This document shows, one piece after another, positions 1 through 9,067 of a stretch of DNA of 64,000 bases. The position numbers and the translations under genes were made by a program. Source of the DNA: an uncultured Candidatus Saccharibacteria bacterium. GTDB lineage: Bacteria; Patescibacteriota; WWE3; UBA101185; UBA10185. The notes below the pieces were generated by a model, which was not told where the DNA came from, did no database searches, and was given only the letters and a program-made list of their open reading frames with translations. Positions within the stretch are counted from its first letter, which is position 1. Each line of letters begins with the position of its first letter. The stretch covers positions 273,492 through 337,491 of the forward strand of contig CAZXUJ010000001.1 in assembly GCA_964643995.1 (NCBI GenBank), read 5' to 3'.

Positions 1-24
1 ACCTTTAAATGTTTTCTTCGACAT
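1..24 (-). CDS. rpsQ: 30S ribosomal protein S17, 5' end only (runs off window)
   Basis: ATG at 24 reads MSKKTFKG, overlapping the rpmC end; expected position after L29 in the S10 operon. Confidence 0.65.
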
Positions 25-205
25 TTTGTTTCCTTTCGTTGATTGCGGTGTGCATTCTAGCAATTTCCTTCTTTATTTTCTTCAATTTACTAGTATTTTT
101 TTCCTTGTCCTTCATTAATCCTTGGACGAACTGAGCCAATTCATCTTTTTTCTTAGATATATCAAAGTGTAACTCTTCACTTGTTTTTTTTAATAAATCC
201 TTCAT
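5..205 (-). CDS. rpmC: 50S ribosomal protein L29
   Basis: 66 aa, KKEIARMHT motif, follows rplP. Confidence 0.9.
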   Translation of the reverse strand: MKDLLKKTSEELHFDISKKKDELAQFVQGLMKDKEKNTSKLKKIKKEIARMHTAINERKQNVEENI

Positions 206-621
206 TATAATTCGTCCTCAGCACTTATAAATTTTGTTTTTAGTGGCAACTTATCCGCAGCTCTTTTAAAAGCAACTCGAGCAATCTCTTCGGTAACACC
301 TGAAATCTCGAAAAGGATTTTACCAGGTTTCACGATTGCTGCATAATGAGAAAGCGGTGATTTACCACTTCCCATTCTAGTTTCAGCTGGTTTTTTTACA
401 ATAGGTTTGTCGGGAAAGATCCTTATCCAAACCTTACCAGTTCTTTTAGTTTGATGTGCAATAGCTTTTCTTGCTGCTTCTAATTGTCTAGAAGTTAATA
501 AACCACGTGAATCAGACTTCAAAGCATAGTCACCAAATGAGATAGAACAACCTCGTGTAGCAATACCCTTGTTACCGCCTCGCATTTTTCTTCTATATTT
601 TGTTCTCTTTGGCATCAACAT
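205..621 (-). CDS. rplP: 50S ribosomal protein L16
   Basis: [26 protein letters not shown] motifs. Confidence 0.98.
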   Translation of the reverse strand: MLMPKRTKYRRKMRGGNKGIATRGCSISFGDYALKSDSRGLLTSRQLEAARKAIAHQTKRTGKVWIRIFPDKPIVKKPAETRMGSGKSPLSHYAAIVKPGKILFEISGVTEEIARVAFKRAADKLPLKTKFISAEDEL

Positions 622-641
622 AAGCTTTTACCTTCAAAAAA

Positions 642-1274
642 CTAGATTTCTACCTCACCCTTATAAATCCAAACTTTTAAACCAACTATTCCATAAAGCA
701 TCTTACAATCTACCTGAGCGTAATCAATATCTGCACGCAATGTTTGTGTAGGTATTGAACCTGCAACATAATATTCCGAGCGAGCAATTGTATTACCACC
801 ACTCAATAAACCAGCGATTCGAATCTTAATTCCTTTTGCACCCTTATCCATTGCGCTTTGAATTGCTGAGTTAACTACCTTTCTGTACGAAATACGTCTT
901 TTCATCTGTCTATAAATGTAATCAGCAACCAGTTTAGCATTAAGCTCTGGGTTTTTTACTTCCTCAACGGTAAGTTTTACCTTTGAAGATGTAAGTGCGC
1001 GAACCTGCTTTTCCAAATCCTCAACACCTGAACCCCCGCGGCCAATCACTAAACCGGGTTTAGAAACCCTAATGTTGACTTTTACCTCGTTTAGTGATCT
1101 TTCCAAATGTACAGATTCAAGACCCGCAGTACTTAGTTTTTTATCTAAAAAGGCTCGTAAATTATGATCTTCAACAACGAAATTACCAAAACTTTTTTTA
1201 TCAACAAACCATCGCGATTTCCAATCTTTCGAAATACCTAATCTATAGCCATAAGGGTGTATTTTTTGACCCAT
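642..1274 (-). CDS. rpsC: 30S ribosomal protein S3
   Basis: MGQKIHPYGYRLG, PGLVIGRGG, TLRADIDY motifs. Confidence 0.98.
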   Translation of the reverse strand: MGQKIHPYGYRLGISKDWKSRWFVDKKSFGNFVVEDHNLRAFLDKKLSTAGLESVHLERSLNEVKVNIRVSKPGLVIGRGGSGVEDLEKQVRALTSSKVKLTVEEVKNPELNAKLVADYIYRQMKRRISYRKVVNSAIQSAMDKGAKGIKIRIAGLLSGGNTIARSEYYVAGSIPTQTLRADIDYAQVDCKMLYGIVGLKVWIYKGEVEI

Positions 1275-1282
1275 AACTTAAT

Positions 1283-1639
1283 CTAACTGCTCTTATTAGT
1301 CCTTTCAGATAAACCTACTACTATATGAGCGGTTCTTTTTAAAATTGGACTAAAACGTCCACGAGCAACAATACGTCCTCTTTTGATTGTAGGACCAGCA
1401 TTTACAAAAATTTCAGAAACATACAAATCTTTCTCATTAAGATTTAAATTGTTTCTAGCGTTAGCTACAGCAGAGTTTAAAACCTTGAGTACTATATCAG
1501 AAGCTTTGGTTTTGTTAAATTGCAAAATACTTGATGCCTCGGAAACATTCTTACCACGAACTAAGTTGATAACAGGCGCAACCTTTTTAACTGATGTGCG
1601 AGCTTTCTTGTATTTTGAATAAACTAAAGCATTTTTCAT
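1283..1639 (-). CDS. rplV: 50S ribosomal protein L22
   Basis: KVLNSAVANA, GPTIKR, KRTAHI motifs. Confidence 0.97.
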   Translation of the reverse strand: MKNALVYSKYKKARTSVKKVAPVINLVRGKNVSEASSILQFNKTKASDIVLKVLNSAVANARNNLNLNEKDLYVSEIFVNAGPTIKRGRIVARGRFSPILKRTAHIVVGLSERTNKSS

Positions 1640-1645
1640 ATATCT

Positions 1646-1915
1646 TTATGCAATCTTTTTAGATGAATGTCCTCTAAATGTGCGAGTAGGCGCAAATTCA
1701 CCTAACTTATGACCTACCATCGCCTCAGTAACGTATACTGGTAAGTGTTTTTTTCCGTTATGTACCTCAAAAGTCAAACCAACCATTTCTGGTGTAATCG
1801 TAGAACGACGTGCCCAAGTCTTGATAGCCGACTTTTTTGAAGCCTGTAGCATCTTTGTGACTTTTTCTGATAATTTCTGGTCTACAAATGGACCCTTTTT
1901 TAATGATCTTGCCAT
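1646..1915 (-). CDS. rpsS: 30S ribosomal protein S19
   Basis: [23 protein letters not shown] motifs. Confidence 0.99.
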   Translation of the reverse strand: MARSLKKGPFVDQKLSEKVTKMLQASKKSAIKTWARRSTITPEMVGLTFEVHNGKKHLPVYVTEAMVGHKLGEFAPTRTFRGHSSKKIA

Positions 1916-1925
1916 ACCCTAATAA

Positions 1926-2753
1926 TTAACTTCTGCGCTTTTTCGCAGTAACTATATACTTATCAGTATATCTTCGACGTCTTGTTTTTGAACCGCGTGC
2001 AGGCTTACCCCAAGGTGTACTTGGATGACCAGTACCATTATCTCTATATGAACCTCCATGTGGATGTTTTGCAGGATTTGAGGTAGCGACACCTCTGATA
2101 TGTGGGCGTCTTCCCGAATGTCTGTTCCTTCCAGCTTTACCAAGTCTAGTTAATCTATGATCAACATTTCCCAAAGTACCAACTGTGGCATAACAATTCT
2201 CAAGGAATTTCTTTACCTCACCACTTGGGAGCTTTATATTAACATATTTTCCTTCTTTTGCCAGTATTGTAGCCTTATTTCCAGCTCCTCTAACTAGCTG
2301 GCCACCCTTTCCAGGATTGATCTCAATGTTATGAATTTCAAAACCAAGAGGTATGTTCTTCAGAGGCAACGTGTTACCAACTACAGGCTCAACATTTTCA
2401 CCAGATACAACAGTCATACCTACCTGTAAGTTTTCGGGTGCCAAAATGTAGCGTTTTTCGCCGTCAGCATAATGCAAGAGCGCTAAGTCAGGGCCTCGAT
2501 TTGGATCATATTCTAAAGCAGCTACTTTTGCGGGGATATCGTACTTAGCTCGCTTAAAATCAACGACGCGATAGTGTTGTTTAGCACCGCGTTCACGAAA
2601 TCTGCTTGAAATACGACCTTTTTGTCTACCAACATGACCAATTAATGGTTTTAACAGCGCTTTTTCGGGACGTTTGCCTTTTGTTAAGTGTTTTCTGACT
2701 AATGTTTTTCGAGTCCTCATTCCGGGACTTGTTGGTTTATATTTTTTAAGCAT
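1926..2753 (-). CDS. rplB: 50S ribosomal protein L2
   Basis: EYDPNR, HNIEINPGKGGQL, HPHGG, TPWG motifs. Confidence 0.98.
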   Translation of the reverse strand: MLKKYKPTSPGMRTRKTLVRKHLTKGKRPEKALLKPLIGHVGRQKGRISSRFRERGAKQHYRVVDFKRAKYDIPAKVAALEYDPNRGPDLALLHYADGEKRYILAPENLQVGMTVVSGENVEPVVGNTLPLKNIPLGFEIHNIEINPGKGGQLVRGAGNKATILAKEGKYVNIKLPSGEVKKFLENCYATVGTLGNVDHRLTRLGKAGRNRHSGRRPHIRGVATSNPAKHPHGGSYRDNGTGHPSTPWGKPARGSKTRRRRYTDKYIVTAKKRRS

Positions 2754-3046
2754 TATTTGGTTTCCTCAATCAATTTAATCTTTTGGCCCTTTTTAACCGA
2801 AACTATAGCCTTTTTCCATTTGTGGGTCTTTGTGAAATTTGCCGATCTTAATATTCTTTTCTTTTTGCCCGGTACAATAACTGTTCTAACATCGACTACT
2901 TCAACACCAAATAACTTTCCAATCATTTCTTTTATAGAATGTTTAGTAGCTTTAAAACTAACCTTGAAGTGATACTTATCTGATTCCCTTTGCAAGGTGC
3001 TTTTCTCTGTTATTAAAGGTTGTATTATTGTATTGTTTAACTTCAT
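2753..3046 (-). CDS. rplW: 50S ribosomal protein L23
   Basis: PLITEKS, WKKAIV motifs; operon position. Confidence 0.96.
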   Translation of the reverse strand: MKLNNTIIQPLITEKSTLQRESDKYHFKVSFKATKHSIKEMIGKLFGVEVVDVRTVIVPGKKKRILRSANFTKTHKWKKAIVSVKKGQKIKLIEETK

Positions 3047-3732
3047 TACTTCTTTGCAACTTTTGCTTTTTTAGCAACTTTTTTTGTAGTTTTTTCCAAA
3101 ACTTCAGACGCTACATAACGCGCTTCTAAGGATTTTACGGAATCACTCATAAATACTACTTTATTCGCTAACATTACCTCATAAGTATTTAAGTTACTTA
3201 CCAAAGCGGTTGTTACCCCTGTAATATTTTCTGCACTTTTTCTAAGATTCATATCATTTGTGCTGAGAACTATTAATGTTCTTCTATCATAACTGTTGAT
3301 ATTATGTAGTGTTTTCAGCAATTCTTTTGTGTTAGGTTTTTTAAATGAAAGCTCATTGAGTACAAACAAATCCTTTTTTTGCACCTTAATGCTTAAAGCA
3401 GAGGCCAATGCTAATTTTCTCATTTTCTTTGTAAGAGTCTTGCTCCACAATCGTGGCTGAGGCCCATGAGTAACACCACCATGTCTCCATAAAGGACTTC
3501 TGGTAGAACCGTGGCGAGCTCTTCCTAGCCCTTTTTGTTTCCAAGGTTTCTTACCACCTCCAGACACGTCACCTCTTGTTTTAGTCTTTGAAGTTCCTTG
3601 TCTCTGATTGGTTTGATAAACCCTCACATACTGAGTTAGTAATGTTTCATTAGGTACCACACCAAATAAGTCATCGCTTACTTCAAGTGCTTCCAAAACT
3701 TTTCCGTTTTTATCAAATAAATCTAATTTCAT
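3046..3732 (-). CDS. rplD: 50S ribosomal protein L4
   Basis: RQGTSKTKTRGDVSGGGKKPWKQKG, RARHGS motifs. Confidence 0.98.
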   Translation of the reverse strand: MKLDLFDKNGKVLEALEVSDDLFGVVPNETLLTQYVRVYQTNQRQGTSKTKTRGDVSGGGKKPWKQKGLGRARHGSTRSPLWRHGGVTHGPQPRLWSKTLTKKMRKLALASALSIKVQKKDLFVLNELSFKKPNTKELLKTLHNINSYDRRTLIVLSTNDMNLRKSAENITGVTTALVSNLNTYEVMLANKVVFMSDSVKSLEARYVASEVLEKTTKKVAKKAKVAKK

Positions 3733-3734
3733 AG

Positions 3735-4169
3735 CTAGCTAAGTAATTTTATACAAACCTCCGAGTTACGAGCACCTGGAACTGGACCAGATACCATGAC
3801 CTCTCTTTTAGTAACATCAACATTAACTATCCTCAAATTTTTCAAAGTTACCCTCTTGTTACCCAAGCGCCCTGCCATTTTTTTTCCTTTAAAAACTCTT
3901 CCTGGAGTTTGAGCACCAATAGAGCCAGGCGCCCTAGGTTTATCAGACTGACCTCGTGTAGCCATCTGACCTTTAAAATTCCACTTTTTCATACCGCCAG
4001 CAAAACCCTTACCTTTTGAGGTACCTACCAAAACAATTGAAAGATCTAAAACATCTTCTACAAGTTCATCATCTAGTCTTATAATTGTCACAGGAACAAC
4101 TTTACCCTCAGATGTAAAAATCTGACTCATGTTTAGTTTTTTTCCTTTTATAATTTTTTGTTCTTCCAT
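3735..4169 (-). CDS. rplC: 50S ribosomal protein L3, internally shortened (144 aa)
   Basis: [34 protein letters not shown] motifs present; central segment missing. Confidence 0.95.
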   Translation of the reverse strand: MEEQKIIKGKKLNMSQIFTSEGKVVPVTIIRLDDELVEDVLDLSIVLVGTSKGKGFAGGMKKWNFKGQMATRGQSDKPRAPGSIGAQTPGRVFKGKKMAGRLGNKRVTLKNLRIVNVDVTKREVMVSGPVPGARNSEVCIKLLS

Positions 4170-4178
4170 TTTAATCTT

Positions 4179-4199
4179 AAAAAAACCCTCTAAAGAGGG
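4179..4199 (-). terminator. Intrinsic terminator or attenuator hairpin between rpsJ and rplC
   Basis: Minus strand CCCTC-TTTA-GAGGG followed by T7, 9 nt before the rplC ATG. Confidence 0.6.
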
Positions 4200-4266
4200 C
4201 GGAATGCTAACAAACGTTCCTCTTTTTTATTTTAAACTCTCGTTATAACTTTCATTTAATTACAAG

Positions 4267-4587
4267 TTACATTTTTATGGAGATGTTTACTCCAGCCGGT
4301 AGGTTCAGATTAGAAAGACTTTCTACAGTAGAGCTTGTAGGATTTACAACCTCAATCAATCTTTTATGTGTTCTCAATTCAAACTGTTCACGAGATCTTT
4401 TGTCAATATGAGGACCCCTGATAACTGTAAAGCGTTCGGTATCGGTAGGCAGAGGAATTGGACCTACAATCCCGGCACCTGTTCTTACAGCAGTATCTAC
4501 TATTTTCTCGCAACTTAAATCGATTATTCTACTATCGTATGATCTGAGTTTTATTCTAATTTTTGTTTCTACTTTTTTTTGTACCAT
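4267..4587 (-). CDS. rpsJ: 30S ribosomal protein S10
   Basis: [21 protein letters not shown] motifs. Confidence 0.99.
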   Translation of the reverse strand: MVQKKVETKIRIKLRSYDSRIIDLSCEKIVDTAVRTGAGIVGPIPLPTDTERFTVIRGPHIDKRSREQFELRTHKRLIEVVNPTSSTVESLSNLNLPAGVNISIKM

Positions 4588-4594
4588 TCACAAA

Positions 4595-4620
4595 TAGAGG
4601 GCGTTCTATGACGCCCCCCA
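4595..4620 (-). terminator. Hairpin after tuf (weak terminator or processing signal)
   Basis: Minus strand GGGGGCGT-CATAGA-ACGCCCTC followed by TATTT. Confidence 0.5.
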
Positions 4621-4635
4621 TCAAATTTCAATTAA

Positions 4636-5814
4636 CTATGCCTTAACTTTGGTTATAACACCAGCTCCTACTGTTTTTCCGCCTTCTCTTATAGCAAACT
4701 TAAGACCATCTTCCAAACCTACTGGGGTAATCAACTTAACGCTGATTACGACATCATCACCTGGCATTACCATCTCGGTACCTTCTTTTAAGGTGATTTC
4801 ACCTGTAACGTCTGTTGTTCTTAAATAGAACTGAGGACGATATCCGGAGAAGAATGGTTTTTCACGACCACCCTCATCTTTTGATAGAACGTATATCTGT
4901 GCATCAAACTCTGTGTGAGGTGTAACTGATCCTGGGAGTGCTAATACTTGACCTCTCTCAACATCTTCGCGGGCAATACCTCTTACTAATATACCAACGT
5001 TATCTCCTGCCTGACCCTCTTGCATGGATTTGTTAAACATTTCCACACCGGTGACGACTGTCTTACGTGTATCTTTAATACCAACTATTTCAACTTCTTC
5101 ACCGACTTTGATTCTACCTCTTTCTACTCTACCAGTTACAACGGTACCTCTACCTGATATAGAGAATACATCCTCGATAGGTAGTAAGAATGGTTTATCA
5201 AGGTCCCTTACTGGAGTTGGAATATACTCGTCAACAGCCGCCATGAGCTCTTCTATTTTCTTTGAGTACTCTGGATCACCCTCTAATGCTTTGAGACCAG
5301 AACCTCTGATTATTGGAGTGTTTTCACCATCATAACCATATTTCGTTAAAAGCTCTCTTACCTCAAGTTCTACAAGATCCAACAATTCAGTGTCCTGAAC
5401 CATATCAACCTTATTCAAGAAGACAACAATCTTTGGAACGTTAACCTGTGCTGCTAACAATATATGTTCTCTTGTTTGAGGCATAGGACCATCAGTTGCA
5501 GCTACAACTAAAATAGCACCATCCATCTGAGCGGCACCAGTGATCATGTTTTTGATATAGTCTGCATGACCTGGAGCATCAACATGGGCATAATGTCTTT
5601 TTTCGGTTTCATACTCAACGTGAGTAATGTTAATTGTTATACCGCGAGCCTTCTCTTCTGGAGATTTATCTATTTCGTCAAATTTCTTAAAACTCGCCAT
5701 ACCTTTGTCTGATAAAACTCTAGTAATAGCAGCAGTAAGAGTGGTTTTCCCATGGTCGACGTGACCAATGGTACCAATGTTTACGTGTGGTTTATTTCTT
5801 ACAAATTCTGTCAT
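4636..5814 (-). CDS. tuf: Elongation factor Tu
   Basis: [26 protein letters not shown] motifs. Confidence 0.99.
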   Translation of the reverse strand: MTEFVRNKPHVNIGTIGHVDHGKTTLTAAITRVLSDKGMASFKKFDEIDKSPEEKARGITINITHVEYETEKRHYAHVDAPGHADYIKNMITGAAQMDGAILVVAATDGPMPQTREHILLAAQVNVPKIVVFLNKVDMVQDTELLDLVELEVRELLTKYGYDGENTPIIRGSGLKALEGDPEYSKKIEELMAAVDEYIPTPVRDLDKPFLLPIEDVFSISGRGTVVTGRVERGRIKVGEEVEIVGIKDTRKTVVTGVEMFNKSMQEGQAGDNVGILVRGIAREDVERGQVLALPGSVTPHTEFDAQIYVLSKDEGGREKPFFSGYRPQFYLRTTDVTGEITLKEGTEMVMPGDDVVISVKLITPVGLEDGLKFAIREGGKTVGAGVITKVKA

Positions 5815-5859
5815 TTTAAAAATTCCTTAATAAAAATATATATACGCGACCGTGTGACC

Positions 5860-5888
5860 ATTATATAGACAAGTAAGCCTGTTAACAA
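5860..5888 (-). promoter_or_regulatory. Sigma70-type internal promoter for tuf
   Basis: TTGTTA-17 nt-TATAAT on the minus strand, upstream of an AAGGA ribosome binding site. Confidence 0.6.
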
Positions 5889-5901
5889 GGTATTACAAGT
5901 T

Positions 5902-5999
5902 AAAAGACTTGTTAGTCCAGATAATAGTTAGGATGAAACTCACCCCGCATTCTTGCAGAATGTAGTTAAACAGATTATTAAAGGAAAATCAAGTCTTTT
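5902..5999. other. 98-nt branched stem-loop between fusA and tuf
   Basis: Perfect 10-bp terminal inverted repeat AAAAGACTTG/CAAGTCTTTT enclosing two hairpins. Confidence 0.6.
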
Positions 6000-6012
6000 C
6001 CACTAATAGTTG

Positions 6013-8097
6013 CTATTTTCTACTTGCAATTTGTTCGGCGACATTGCTAGGCACTTCAGCGTAATGACTTGGTTCCATACTAAAAGAAGCTCTACCTTGT
6101 GTCATACCACGCAGATCAGTTGCATAGCCAAACATTTCAGCTAACGGCACCTTAGCCCTTATAACAACCGCGAGACCTCTAGACTCATTACCTTCGATTT
6201 GGCCTCGTTTCGAGGATAAATTACCAATAACATCCCCCATAAAATCTTCTGGGGTAGTAACCTCAACACTCATGATAGGCTCTAACAGGTATGGATTCGC
6301 AGCACGTTGAGCATTTTTAAAAGCATCTGAAGCGGCAATTTTAAAAGCTATTTCCGAGGAATCAACATCATGGTAAGAACCGTCTAATAAACAAACCTGA
6401 AAATCTACAACAGGATATCCCGCTATAACTCCAGTTTCACATGCTTCCTTTATACCCTTTTCTACTGCCGGAATATACTCCTTTGGTATTGATCCGCCAA
6501 TTATTTTGTCTACAAACTTCATGCCTTCGCCGCGCTCAAGTGGTTCCATAGAGATTATAACGTGACCGTATTGACCACGACCACCTGATTGACGAATGTA
6601 CTTGGTCTCATGAGTGACTTTCTTTTTTATACTTTCTCTGTATGCAACCTGAGGTTTACCAACATTAACTTCAACACCAAATTCGCGCTTCATACGGTCG
6701 ACTATTATTTCCAAATGCAACTCACCCATTCCATAAAGAACTGTCTCACCAGTCTCAGGGTCTGCTTTAAGCTTAAGTGTAGGATCTTCTTCAATAAGTT
6801 TTTTAAGGGCAATACCCATCTTGTCACGATCACCCTTAGTTTTAGGCTCAATCATTAATCCGATAACAGGTTCTGCAAAGGTTATAGATTCCAATACAAA
6901 AGGATTCCCTTCATCACATAAGGTATCTCCAGTAGTAGTATTTGCAAGTCCTACTGCTGCTGCGATTTCTCCTGCACTAACCTCTGTAATTTCTTCTCGA
7001 TGGTTTGCATGCATCAAGAGCACACGACTCAATCTTTCTTTCTCATTCTTTGTGGAATTTAAAACGTATGTGCCAGCATGCACTTTTCCAGAATAAACTC
7101 TGAAATAGGTTAATCTACCAACGTAAGGGTCGGTCTGGATTTTAAAAGCAAGTGCCGAAAATGGTGCAGAATCTGAAGTCTTAAGTGTGATTTTGTCGTC
7201 TGAATCTAGGCTATGCCCAATGATATCTGGTGTATCACTTGGTGATGGTAAATAGTCCACCACAGCATCTAGCATTTTTTGTACACCGATGTTCCCCAAA
7301 GCCGAGCCGCACAATACAGGATACAGCTTCGTCTGAATTGTAAGTTTCCTGATTGCTGTTTTAATTTCAGCTTCAGTAAAACTGTCACCAGAAAAATATC
7401 TTTCCATTAAAGCATCATCTGATTCGGCAATCTTCTCAAGAAGTATGTTTCGATATTCTTTGACTTTATCAAGCATAGACGATGGTATTTCGACCTCATT
7501 AACTTGATTACCCATAGTGCCAACAAACTCATAGGCCTTCATTTGTACAAGGTCTACCAAGGACTTAAATTCATTCTCTATGCCTATAGGCAACTGAATT
7601 GCTATAGCATCACGGGACAATCTGTCTTGGATAGACTTTAGTGACATATAAAAATCTCCACCAACCTTATCTAGTTTATTAACAAAACATAATAGTGGAA
7701 CACCATATTTTTCGGACTGTCGCCAAACCGTTTCACTCTGTGGTTCAACTCCTTGAGAACTGTCAAAAAGTACAGTGCCTCCATCTAAAACTCGCAACGA
7801 TCGCTCAACCTCAGCCGTGAAATCAACGTGACCTGGAGTATCAATTATATTTATCCTACAATCCTGCCAAAAACATGTAGTAGCGGCAGAAGTTATTGTG
7901 ATGCCACGCTCACGCTCTTGAACCATCCAGTCCATTTGGGTAGCACCTTCATGTACTTCACCAATCTTATGAGAACGTCCTGTGTAATAAAGCACCCGCT
8001 CTGTTGTAGTAGTCTTTCCCGCATCAACATGAGCAATAATTCCGATATTTCGGATTTTTTCTAACGGATATTTTTTATTAATTATTTTGTCAGCCAT
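6013..8097 (-). CDS. fusA: Elongation factor G
   Basis: [33 protein letters not shown] motifs. Confidence 0.99.
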   Translation of the reverse strand: MADKIINKKYPLEKIRNIGIIAHVDAGKTTTTERVLYYTGRSHKIGEVHEGATQMDWMVQERERGITITSAATTCFWQDCRINIIDTPGHVDFTAEVERSLRVLDGGTVLFDSSQGVEPQSETVWRQSEKYGVPLLCFVNKLDKVGGDFYMSLKSIQDRLSRDAIAIQLPIGIENEFKSLVDLVQMKAYEFVGTMGNQVNEVEIPSSMLDKVKEYRNILLEKIAESDDALMERYFSGDSFTEAEIKTAIRKLTIQTKLYPVLCGSALGNIGVQKMLDAVVDYLPSPSDTPDIIGHSLDSDDKITLKTSDSAPFSALAFKIQTDPYVGRLTYFRVYSGKVHAGTYVLNSTKNEKERLSRVLLMHANHREEITEVSAGEIAAAVGLANTTTGDTLCDEGNPFVLESITFAEPVIGLMIEPKTKGDRDKMGIALKKLIEEDPTLKLKADPETGETVLYGMGELHLEIIVDRMKREFGVEVNVGKPQVAYRESIKKKVTHETKYIRQSGGRGQYGHVIISMEPLERGEGMKFVDKIIGGSIPKEYIPAVEKGIKEACETGVIAGYPVVDFQVCLLDGSYHDVDSSEIAFKIAASDAFKNAQRAANPYLLEPIMSVEVTTPEDFMGDVIGNLSSKRGQIEGNESRGLAVVIRAKVPLAEMFGYATDLRGMTQGRASFSMEPSHYAEVPSNVAEQIASRK

Positions 8098-8175
8098 AAA
8101 TATTTTTTTCTCTTAGCCTACATAAGATATCAAATGGAAATACTCATGTAAACACAGTATCTAGATTTTAAATGA

Positions 8176-8640
8176 TTAGAATCGGAAGTGTGCAAAGGCT
8201 CTGTTTGCCTCTGCCATTTTGTGAGTTTCTTCTCTCTTCTTAATGGCATTTCCAATACCCTCATTGGCATTCTTAAGCTCTTCAAAAAGTTTATCAACCA
8301 TAGGTTTCCCTTGGCGATTTTGAGCAGAACTGACGATCCAGCGAATAGCTAAAGCCTCAGCTCTATAGTGCTTAACTGGCATAGGAACTTGATAGGTTGC
8401 ACCACCAACTCGTCTAGAGCGAACTTCCTGTTTAGGCATAACAACTTTAACTGCCTCTTCAAATAGTCTAATTGCCTCTTTCTCGTCGTCAGCTAATCTT
8501 GCTATAGCATCCCACACAATGGTTTCAGCTTTTGATTTTTTACCATCACTCATAACAATGTTTATCATTCTAGAAACTACTCTAGATTTATATATTGCAT
8601 CTGGACGTACTATTTTTTTCTTTACCTTTTTAGATCTCAT
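8176..8640 (-). CDS. rpsG: 30S ribosomal protein S7
   Basis: SRRVGGATYQVP, HKMAEANRAFAH motifs. Confidence 0.99.
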   Translation of the reverse strand: MRSKKVKKKIVRPDAIYKSRVVSRMINIVMSDGKKSKAETIVWDAIARLADDEKEAIRLFEEAVKVVMPKQEVRSRRVGGATYQVPMPVKHYRAEALAIRWIVSSAQNRQGKPMVDKLFEELKNANEGIGNAIKKREETHKMAEANRAFAHFRF

Positions 8641-8646
8641 TTTAGT

Positions 8647-9066
8647 TTATTTGCCTGCTTTCGGTCTTTTTGTACCATATCTAGAACGTGAAGTTTTACG
8701 ACCCTCAACACCTAGTAAGTCAAACTTACCTCTCACTATTGTATATTTGATACCTGGCAAGTCCTTTACTCTACCACCACGAACTAAGACAACAGAATGT
8801 TCTTGTAAAGAATGGCCTTCTCCTGGAATATATGCAGTTACATCTTTTCGATTTGAAAGTCTTACTCTTGCTACTTTACGTAAAGCAGAGTTAGGTTTGC
8901 TGGGTGTTTGAGTTTTTACCTGTAAACACACACCTCGTTTGAAAGGACTGTAGTTTTTCTTGAATCTACGTTCCATTGAGTTGTATATATCTGTCAAAGC
9001 TCTGGTTTTAACCTTTTTAACTTTGTTATGTCTACCTTTTCTGATTAGTTGATTAATTGTTGGCAT
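8647..9066 (-). CDS. rpsL: 30S ribosomal protein S12
   Basis: MPTINQL start at 9066; KPNSALRK and GGRVKDLPG motifs. Confidence 0.98.
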   Translation of the reverse strand: MPTINQLIRKGRHNKVKKVKTRALTDIYNSMERRFKKNYSPFKRGVCLQVKTQTPSKPNSALRKVARVRLSNRKDVTAYIPGEGHSLQEHSVVLVRGGRVKDLPGIKYTIVRGKFDLLGVEGRKTSRSRYGTKRPKAGK

Positions 9067-9067
9067 A

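Noticed and set aside
5902-5999. SRP RNA or tRNA identity for the branched hairpin
   Set aside because: No SRP helix-8 motif with a GNRA loop, and no T-loop or cloverleaf.
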